A stretch of DNA of 64,000 bases from Calditrichales bacterium. GTDB taxonomy: Bacteria > Calditrichota > Calditrichia > Calditrichales > J004. Location: positions 736,001-800,000 of the forward strand of contig OZ254086.1 of NCBI GenBank assembly GCA_965267575.1, written 5' to 3'. The position numbers and the translations under genes are program-made. This document shows, piece after piece, positions 56,861-64,000 of the stretch (position 1 is its first letter; every line of letters starts with the position of its first letter). Below the pieces are notes generated by a model that searched no databases, was not told where the DNA came from, and saw nothing but the letters and a program-made list of their open reading frames with translations.

Positions 56861-56956
56861 TTTTTTCGCGCCCTCTAATTTTTCATTCTAGCGGGGAAGT
56901 GCTGTCCTGAAATGTAACTGTATTTTATCGACACTTCTAACTTTTTTATAAGTTTT

Positions 56957-59782
56957 TTATTTTTCCTGAATCAAAGCGGTTTTAAATATTTTTTGACCGA
57001 CATTATTTAGTGTTACGTGAACCACATAAATACCGCTTGCTACCTTTCTATTTGCCTCATTACGCAAATCCCAATCTAAATAGGGTTGGGCTGAATCATG
57101 GGTCATACTGCGCACTAAACGTCCGGCCACATCGAATATGCGGATGACGGCACCCTGCGGAAGGTGAATAAAACGCACAGCACCATTATACCCCTGCCCC
57201 GGAAAGTATGGATTCGGAACCGCTTTGACCGATGCAAGCTGACTGCGCAGATCCGGTAAAAGGTCGGTCTCATAAAAACGGGATGTGGAAAAATTAAACA
57301 CATCCAGATCACTCAACGGGTAATTTGGCGTTACGGTCATTTCAAACGCACCCTCTTTATAAGCAAAAGTAGAATCACCGCGTGCCCGCAGTTGCAAAAA
57401 CAGGGTCAGGTAGGCGTCACTGATTCCGCCCGATGTATCGGGATAGGCGTCTTCTTTTTTATAATCGCTGTAAGTAACTATAATGGCTGTCTGATTATTT
57501 TTTATAAGCGCCGGTTCATCGCGTACGGAGTTAAAAAGTATATTGAGACGCCGTGGGGCATCAGGTTTACTGATATCATAAGCGCGTATAAAGGAATTAA
57601 CCTCCCCGTAAAATCTCCTAAAGTCAAGTGAACCTGAGCGGAACCAATAGGCAACGGAGGTGTCCGCCGTATCAAAGTAGATCTTTACCGGCACATGTTT
57701 TTCCTTTGCCAGAACTGACAGGTCCTGAAAAACATGTTTGGCTAACAAAGCCCCGTTATTGGGATAGATAAGTTCGTTTGGCTCCAGCCATACGGTACCA
57801 CTTTTATCTATTTGCGCTATGCTGTCCGGTACATCCACGATGCGGAACTGCATACCGTCAATAATGGGAAATGTGTTCAGGGTATCCTCTCTGAAACTGC
57901 GAACTGTAAGGCTGTCTCTTAAGATCATTCCGTCCTTTTCGATCCGCCAGTAACGGGCATTATCAAAAAACGAAACAGTATAGTTCTCCAGCGGAATGTC
58001 AGCCGGTCTGAGCGGCAAAATATTTAAGCTTCCCTGACCTGCGCCACGGGTATGCCGCGCGCGGAAACCGGTATACTCGTTCTTCACATCGCTGCCCGGT
58101 ACAACCGTTATCGAGGTTGCTTCGCTGTATTGAAAATCAAAAGGTCGCGGCAAAAACCAGTCGTCATGTATGGTGCGGGTCAGGTCGTACTCCTGAAGAG
58201 TGGCGTGATTGATGCTGAAGCTTTTAACAGCGAAGTGATATTTGCTGAAATTGTTAAGCGGTTCACCACTAAAAGCATCATGGTTGATTTGATGGCGAAC
58301 AACCGGCGCATTACCTATATGGCGTGAAAGATTGTTTTTGCCGGACCAGTAAAGCTGCTGCTCACCGTTGTCACCGGGTCCGAAAATAATACGGTAAAGG
58401 TTGTTTAGATCGTAGCGCGCGATAAGGCGGCTTTGTTCGGGGTTTCCGGCTTCGGCATCGGCATGGGCCAGTTGGTAGAGCGCGAAGCCTTCAAACAGGT
58501 AGTGGTTGCCCAACACATCTTCTTCTTCATAGTCATAACAGTTCGAAAGGTCGATCATAAGGTCAACGCTTTTGTCGCCGGGAATCGCTTCCAGTTTGGC
58601 AGCGGGCGGCGGGTCTACCCGTTTAAATCCTCCACGGATAGCTTGTAAAGCTTTGGCGGCATTTTCTTTCATTACGCTGACGCTGTTTAGGGGACTATTG
58701 CCTTGTCCATAAACAATAGCTCCATAAAACTCAAAGCTTTCTCCTGAATCAATGGTTTTTGCATTAATCGTTGTAATAAATACTTTGTTATGATAAATAG
58801 TGTCCAGCCATCCTGTGCCGGAAATCGGGTCACCACTAAAAATATAAACAGGATTTGTCTGTTCATCACCACCAGACCCTGTAATAAGCGGGTCAATTCG
58901 GTATCCCAGGTCAGTTGTTCCATGTTGTAAGTTACGCATAAGGTACTCATACGCCGGATCACATAACGGGTTGAGGTGGCAGGTTAGAAAGTACATATTA
59001 ACAGAAAAGAGCTTTCCGAGAAGAGGATCAGTTACAATGCAGCCAATGGAAGGAGGCTTATCTTTCAAATAATCATCGGGCCCGTCATTATACGAAAAAC
59101 CGAGATGCAACAGGGTATCGCTTCCAATCAAATCATCAACATAATCACCTATGTCCGGATCTACGACCATCGAAATCAAAGTGGAGTCTATTGGAGAATC
59201 TGATTTGTTAGTTACTTTATATTTATAAAACAAGATATTTGTGAGTGGTCCATATAAATACATCCAACATGTTTGTTGAACTTCCAACGGAACCGGAACG
59301 TAATTTCCCGGATCTTCCGCATTGTAATATATCATCCATTTCTGTATATCTCCGAATACTTCAGGCTTGTCAATATCAGGATCGTAAACCTCGTTGTTAT
59401 CAACATCCTGGTAAGGAGCGCCCAACTCAACGGCATCTGACCAGTCTTTATAAGGTTCACTGCCTTGCCGATCAATGCTGCTTAAGCTATATATTCTAAT
59501 GCGCGGATCACCCGGATCAAGATTATACTTTCCCGGAACGGTCCCCTCGAATCTCTTTGAAGGAAAAAGGAGCAAAGCTTTTGTTTTATTATCATTAATT
59601 CCTGTTATCATCAAGCCTCCATTATAGACAAGATTATTATCCAATGTGTGGAAAAAACCGTCAGCATAGAGGCGGAATTTAAGACTATCGTTTGATATAA
59701 TAGTCGACATAACATTTCTTTGGGCCCAAACAACAGTTACAAACAAAAGACATAGTAACAATGACTTGATAAAGGTCTTCAT
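56957..59782 (-). CDS. Secreted array protein 3: variable N-domain + conserved Ig/FN3-like module + insert + VPNPY-type sorting domain
   Basis: Start at ATG 59782 (MKTFIKSLLL signal peptide); DPDIGDY.DDLIGSD motif; AVPNPY...IRIFDVAGR...WDLRN...SGIY. Confidence 0.8.
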   Translation of the reverse strand: MKTFIKSLLLCLLFVTVVWAQRNVMSTIISNDSLKFRLYADGFFHTLDNNLVYNGGLMITGINDNKTKALLLFPSKRFEGTVPGKYNLDPGDPRIRIYSLSSIDRQGSEPYKDWSDAVELGAPYQDVDNNEVYDPDIDKPEVFGDIQKWMIYYNAEDPGNYVPVPLEVQQTCWMYLYGPLTNILFYKYKVTNKSDSPIDSTLISMVVDPDIGDYVDDLIGSDTLLHLGFSYNDGPDDYLKDKPPSIGCIVTDPLLGKLFSVNMYFLTCHLNPLCDPAYEYLMRNLQHGTTDLGYRIDPLITGSGGDEQTNPVYIFSGDPISGTGWLDTIYHNKVFITTINAKTIDSGESFEFYGAIVYGQGNSPLNSVSVMKENAAKALQAIRGGFKRVDPPPAAKLEAIPGDKSVDLMIDLSNCYDYEEEDVLGNHYLFEGFALYQLAHADAEAGNPEQSRLIARYDLNNLYRIIFGPGDNGEQQLYWSGKNNLSRHIGNAPVVRHQINHDAFSGEPLNNFSKYHFAVKSFSINHATLQEYDLTRTIHDDWFLPRPFDFQYSEATSITVVPGSDVKNEYTGFRARHTRGAGQGSLNILPLRPADIPLENYTVSFFDNARYWRIEKDGMILRDSLTVRSFREDTLNTFPIIDGMQFRIVDVPDSIAQIDKSGTVWLEPNELIYPNNGALLAKHVFQDLSVLAKEKHVPVKIYFDTADTSVAYWFRSGSLDFRRFYGEVNSFIRAYDISKPDAPRRLNILFNSVRDEPALIKNNQTAIIVTYSDYKKEDAYPDTSGGISDAYLTLFLQLRARGDSTFAYKEGAFEMTVTPNYPLSDLDVFNFSTSRFYETDLLPDLRSQLASVKAVPNPYFPGQGYNGAVRFIHLPQGAVIRIFDVAGRLVRSMTHDSAQPYLDWDLRNEANRKVASGIYVVHVTLNNVGQKIFKTALIQEK

Positions 59783-60651
59783 AACAGCCTCATTTCTTTT
59801 CGCCAACGACGGCCAGCTTTAGAATCCGGCTGCCGCTCGCGGATTTTGAAACGTGGATAAGATATATGCCGCCGGCTACCCTTCTGCCGGCATCATTACG
59901 CAAATCCCAGTCCCAAAAAGGTTGCTCCAGGGTGTGAGTCATGCTCCGTACCGGGCGACCGGCCACATCAAATATGCGGATGACGGCACCCTGCGGAAGA
60001 TGAATAAAACGCACAGCACCATTATACCCCTGCCCGGGGAAGTATGGATTCGGTACGGCTTCTACACGATCCAGTACCGCTTCGGTGTCATCACCTGCAA
60101 GCACTGCAACTTGAACCGCCACTGGGCTAAATTGAATATCAAAGGAGCGAGGAGCGTACCAGTCATTTTCAATTTCATCCGTTTGGTCAAAGGGCTGCAA
60201 CGCAGCATAGTTGAGACTAAACGTGCGAACGGTAAAATGATAGCGGCTGAAGTTGTTTATGGGTTTACCGCTGAACGCATCCATGTTAACGGTATGGGTT
60301 ACAATGTTGCTGTCTGCGCTAAGTCCACCGATGTTGTTTTGGCCGTCCCAAACCTGTTCCGATATACCTACATCATTCAGGCGATATATGTCTTTGTAGG
60401 TATTATCAAGATCGTAGCGCGCGATAAGGCGGCTTTGTTCGGGGTCCCCAACTTCAGCATCGGCATGGGCCAGTTGGTAGAGCGCGAAGCCTTCAAACAG
60501 GTAGTGGTTTCCCAACACATCTTCTTCTTCATAGTCATAACAGTCCGAAAGGTCGATCATAAGGTCAACGCTTTTGTCGCCGGGAATAGCCTCCAGCCCG
60601 GCAGCGGGCGGCGGGTCTGCCCGTTTAAAGCCGCCACGGATGGCCTGCAAG
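59771..60651. repeat. Direct repeat copy A (~880 bp constant cassette)
   Basis: Matches 61764-62644 at offset 1993; by eye only 5 substitutions, all within ~60120-60200. Confidence 0.92.
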
Positions 60652-61775
60652 GCCTTGGCGGCATTTTCTCTCATTAAGCTGACGCTGTTAAGAGGACTAT
60701 TTCCCTTGCCAAGGACCAATGCCGCGTAAAATTCAAAGCTTTCCTCAGGTAGCAAAGCTTTGGCAAAAACAGAGGCTAACATTCTTTTGTCATTCGCGAT
60801 ATCATCCAACCAGCCACTGCCTGATAAGGGATCTCCGCTAAATAAATATAATGGATTTGTGTGTTCATCTGCCCCGACACCAAAACTTGTAGGGTCAAAG
60901 GTCTCACCAAATCGGGTCCGCCCCGACTGAAGGTTTCTGATAAGATCATCATAATAATTGTAGTGAAGAGCAAAATAGAAAAATGTTGCAGAAAAAAGTC
61001 TTTGCAGGTCTGCAGACATTACAATACAGCCCAATGCAGGGGGAGCACCACCATATTGAGAATCGTCACCAGAATTATAAACATACTGCATATTCAGCAG
61101 GGTGTCGCTGCCCAGCAGATCATCCCCATAATCACCAATGTCCGGATCCATTGCGAGCGAGAATAAAGCTGAATCAATAGGCGCGTCGCTTTTATTGGTA
61201 ACGATATATTTAAAAAACAAGACATCCCTCAGTTTTCCAAAACGATACATCCAATTAAATTGCTGCACTTCGAGCGCCAATGGATTGTTTACCCTCTGTT
61301 CACTTTCATCGGTGCTATAAACCATCCACGTTTGTAAGTCGCCAAACAAGAGCGGTAGATCAATATCAGGATCGTAAATGCCGTCATCATTGAAATCGTG
61401 ATAAGGAGCCCCTAATAAAACGGCGTCTCTCCATGCTTCATAGCTTGCGGTTCCACTCCCTTCAGTACTATATGCTACATATATTCCGGCTGGGGGATCA
61501 TCTTGCGAAGTTTCATATTTCCCTGGTTTGACGCCATTTAATCGGAGGCCGGGATTATATTCAAAAAAGGCCTTGACCTCGTTACCCTGCAGGCCAGTAA
61601 TCATTATACCACCGTAAAACAGCGGATTATTCTCAACCGATTCATATGACCCATTGGAATGCAATATATATGCAATACTATCGTTAGAGATGGTCCACTT
61701 TTCATTAACGAACTGTGAGCAAACAATAGTTACAAAAAAGAGACTTAGTATCAGTGATCTCTCAAAGGTCTTCAT
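59790..61775 (-). CDS. Secreted array protein 2: variable N-domain + constant C-terminal cassette
   Basis: Start at ATG 61775 (MKTFERSLIL); DPDIGDYGDDLLGSD; C-terminal ~285 aa identical to protein 1 except one D/N. Confidence 0.82.
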   Translation of the reverse strand: MKTFERSLILSLFFVTIVCSQFVNEKWTISNDSIAYILHSNGSYESVENNPLFYGGIMITGLQGNEVKAFFEYNPGLRLNGVKPGKYETSQDDPPAGIYVAYSTEGSGTASYEAWRDAVLLGAPYHDFNDDGIYDPDIDLPLLFGDLQTWMVYSTDESEQRVNNPLALEVQQFNWMYRFGKLRDVLFFKYIVTNKSDAPIDSALFSLAMDPDIGDYGDDLLGSDTLLNMQYVYNSGDDSQYGGAPPALGCIVMSADLQRLFSATFFYFALHYNYYDDLIRNLQSGRTRFGETFDPTSFGVGADEHTNPLYLFSGDPLSGSGWLDDIANDKRMLASVFAKALLPEESFEFYAALVLGKGNSPLNSVSLMRENAAKALQAIRGGFKRADPPPAAGLEAIPGDKSVDLMIDLSDCYDYEEEDVLGNHYLFEGFALYQLAHADAEVGDPEQSRLIARYDLDNTYKDIYRLNDVGISEQVWDGQNNIGGLSADSNIVTHTVNMDAFSGKPINNFSRYHFTVRTFSLNYAALQPFDQTDEIENDWYAPRSFDIQFSPVAVQVAVLAGDDTEAVLDRVEAVPNPYFPGQGYNGAVRFIHLPQGAVIRIFDVAGRPVRSMTHTLEQPFWDWDLRNDAGRRVAGGIYLIHVSKSASGSRILKLAVVGEKK

Positions 61776-62644
61776 AACAGCCTCATTTCTTTTCGCCAAC
61801 GACGGCCAGCTTTAGAATCCGGCTGCCGCTCGCGGATTTTGAAACGTGGATAAGATATATGCCGCCGGCTACCCTTCTGCCGGCATCATTACGCAAATCC
61901 CAGTCCCAAAAAGGTTGCTCCAGGGTGTGAGTCATGCTCCGTACCGGGCGACCGGCCACATCAAATATGCGGATGACGGCACCCTGCGGAAGATGAATAA
62001 AACGCACAGCACCATTATACCCCTGCCCGGGGAAGTATGGATTCGGTACGGCTTCTACACGATCCAGTACCGCTTCGGTGTCATCACCTGCAAGCACTGC
62101 AACTTGAACCGCCACCGGGCTAAACTGAATATCAAAGGAGCGAGGAGCGTACCAGTCATTTTCAATTTCATCCGTTTGGTTGAAGGGCTGCAGCGCAGCA
62201 TAGTTGAGACTAAACGTGCGAACGGTAAAATGATAGCGGCTGAAGTTGTTTATGGGTTTACCGCTGAACGCATCCATGTTAACGGTATGGGTTACAATGT
62301 TGCTGTCTGCGCTAAGTCCACCGATGTTGTTTTGGCCGTCCCAAACCTGTTCCGATATACCTACATCATTCAGGCGATATATGTCTTTGTAGGTATTATC
62401 AAGATCGTAGCGCGCGATAAGGCGGCTTTGTTCGGGGTCCCCAACTTCAGCATCGGCATGGGCCAGTTGGTAGAGCGCGAAGCCTTCAAACAGGTAGTGG
62501 TTTCCCAACACATCTTCTTCTTCATAGTCATAACAGTCCGAAAGGTCGATCATAAGGTCAACGCTTTTGTCGCCGGGAATAGCCTCCAGCCCGGCAGCGG
62601 GCGGCGGGTCTGCCCGTTTAAAGCCGCCACGGATGGCCTGCAAG
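61764..62644. repeat. Direct repeat copy B (~880 bp constant cassette)
   Basis: Near-identical to 59771-60651; includes the stop codon, spacer and first codons (MKTF) of the next gene. Confidence 0.92.
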
Positions 62645-63804
62645 ACTTTGGCTGCATTTTCTTTCATTACGCTGACGCTGTTTAGGGCGCTATTGCCCTT
62701 GCCGTAAACTATGGCACCATAAATAGTATGGGAAGCCCCGGGAGCCAGATCGAATTTCTGTAGCGTGTGAGTATATTTCTTATCCTCTTGACTTTTGTCC
62801 AGCCAGCCATGCTGCGATAGGGGGTCGCCACTAAAAATGTAACGAGCATTACTCGTCGAATCCGCGCCTTTCCCAAATTTAAATTTTTGAGGATTTATAT
62901 ATGTATAGTCAGCACTGATTTTTGCTTGCTGATAAAATCTGAAAGGCATATACCAATGGAAGTGAGGAAGAGGCGGAAAAAGAGCCGGAGCGAAGGCTTC
63001 TAATTGCAAATCCCGGTTATCTGCGATAACCGTACCCAATGCATAAGGCGGACCTTCTAAATCTTTATCAGCGCCATTATTATAAGAATAACCGAGATTT
63101 AACAATGTATCACAACCAACAAGGTCATCGCTGTAATGGCCTAGGTCTATATCCATATTGAAAGAGACCAAAATATCCTCAACCTTCGACACTGTTGGAT
63201 TCGAAATAACTTGCCTAATAAAAATGATATCTTGTAATGCAAAAAAATAGCGCCATAGAGTTTGTTGTATTTCAAGAATCATTGAAGGCCCGTAACCGTC
63301 ACCACCTGAGGATTTTAGCCGCAGCGAATCGTTGAATACACACCAGAACATTTCATCACCATACATATCCGGCAAATCTTCGTCCGGCTCATAACTGCCG
63401 TTCATGTTTCGATCCACAAAAGGTGCACCCTGAGCAACCGCATTTTGATATTCATTGTAGGCCTTACTGTTAGCGGAATCATAAACAGAGACCAGGTAGA
63501 AGCGATTTGTTGAATCAGCGGGATTTGAATAAAGCTGTCCGGGCTTTGCCTGATTGCCCAAAAGCCAACCAATGGCAGCTTGAACAACTTTACCCTCGCG
63601 AATACCGCTATAACCAATTCCGCCTCTATAAACTGGGTTGTAGTATCCTTCAGCTATCTCCCCATCGTTTCTAAATTGGATGGTAATAATACTATCCAAA
63701 CTCAAAGAAATATGGTCATAATGATAGTTATCGTGGTGGTCGGACTTCTGCTGACCATAGACAAAGCATAAAACAGAAAACAAAACAATAAGAATCGTTT
63801 TCAT
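61783..63804 (-). CDS. Secreted array protein 1: variable N-domain + constant C-terminal cassette
   Basis: Signal peptide MKTILIVLFSVLCFVYG; DIDLGHYSDDLVGCD; VPNPY-type CTD. Confidence 0.82.
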   Translation of the reverse strand: MKTILIVLFSVLCFVYGQQKSDHHDNYHYDHISLSLDSIITIQFRNDGEIAEGYYNPVYRGGIGYSGIREGKVVQAAIGWLLGNQAKPGQLYSNPADSTNRFYLVSVYDSANSKAYNEYQNAVAQGAPFVDRNMNGSYEPDEDLPDMYGDEMFWCVFNDSLRLKSSGGDGYGPSMILEIQQTLWRYFFALQDIIFIRQVISNPTVSKVEDILVSFNMDIDLGHYSDDLVGCDTLLNLGYSYNNGADKDLEGPPYALGTVIADNRDLQLEAFAPALFPPLPHFHWYMPFRFYQQAKISADYTYINPQKFKFGKGADSTSNARYIFSGDPLSQHGWLDKSQEDKKYTHTLQKFDLAPGASHTIYGAIVYGKGNSALNSVSVMKENAAKVLQAIRGGFKRADPPPAAGLEAIPGDKSVDLMIDLSDCYDYEEEDVLGNHYLFEGFALYQLAHADAEVGDPEQSRLIARYDLDNTYKDIYRLNDVGISEQVWDGQNNIGGLSADSNIVTHTVNMDAFSGKPINNFSRYHFTVRTFSLNYAALQPFNQTDEIENDWYAPRSFDIQFSPVAVQVAVLAGDDTEAVLDRVEAVPNPYFPGQGYNGAVRFIHLPQGAVIRIFDVAGRPVRSMTHTLEQPFWDWDLRNDAGRRVAGGIYLIHVSKSASGSRILKLAVVGEKK

Positions 63805-64000
63805 GGGCAGTCCGTTATTTTATAAGAATTCCCGGCGGGGCATTATAACATAACACAGATAAACTTAAAATACAGCACTTTTGAGTAATCCGTGGCTTTG
63901 GGATTGTAGACGGTTAATATTTTGCAGTAAAAGTATTAATACTGATAATGAAAAAGATTAAGAAAATGAAAAAGACATAGGCAAAGGAGTAAAACGGGGA

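Noticed and set aside
59771-62644. Diversity-generating retroelement (TR/VR pair) explanation for the direct repeat
   Set aside because: No reverse transcriptase in the window; the repeat is ~880 bp and coding in both copies; the few differences are mixed transitions, not adenine-specific
56957-63804. Shufflon or polymorphic toxin locus
   Set aside because: No recombinase or inverted cassettes; the variable part is N-terminal and there are no small immunity genes between paralogues
1-64000. CRISPR arrays, tRNA/rRNA genes, IS elements, prophage, recoded stops or programmed frameshifts
   Set aside because: No regularly spaced short repeats, RNA-gene signatures, transposase, integrase or phage genes, and no interrupted ORFs seen by eye; a covariance-model scan was not run

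Overview
Moderately GC-rich, gene-dense bacterial chromosome segment with no rRNA, tRNA, CRISPR array, transposase or integrase that I can recognise. Eight secreted proteins with FlgD-Ig/T9SS-like C-terminal sorting domains (PNPFNP or VPNPY/F motifs), plus a TonB-dependent receptor-CTD protein-PorV cassette, point to an FCB-group organism such as Calditrichota (inference). Main blocks: (1) housekeeping genes at 1-7.3 kb (ptrB, CIA30, folE2, SDR, GluR0-like K+ channel, Nudix); (2) an energy-conservation operon rnfB - 1644-aa PFOR - rnfCDGEA - small Cys-rich membrane protein - FNR at 7.5-18.9 kb, with a Rex-like box upstream; (3) an AsnB - NadE-like - ACP - Tat-DUF362 - GNAT cluster at 19.1-24.4 kb; (4) a 14.5-kb divergent locus at 26.4-40.9 kb, bracketed by two cyanophycinase-family enzymes and containing a TBDR, PorV, an NhaC-family transporter, M14 and M20 peptidases and an RpiR regulator with three candidate operators; it looks like a cyanophycin/peptide utilization locus built on a non-SusCD scaffold; (5) a thrombospondin-C-domain surface protein, detox genes and an RND efflux operon; (6) a candidate CsrB/RsmY-like small RNA at about 53.2 kb; (7) a tandem array of three secreted paralogues at 57-63.8 kb with divergent N-terminal domains and a near-identical ~880-bp constant cassette, suggesting a recombination-diversified surface-protein system. 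All product calls come from motifs read by eye; no database searches were run.
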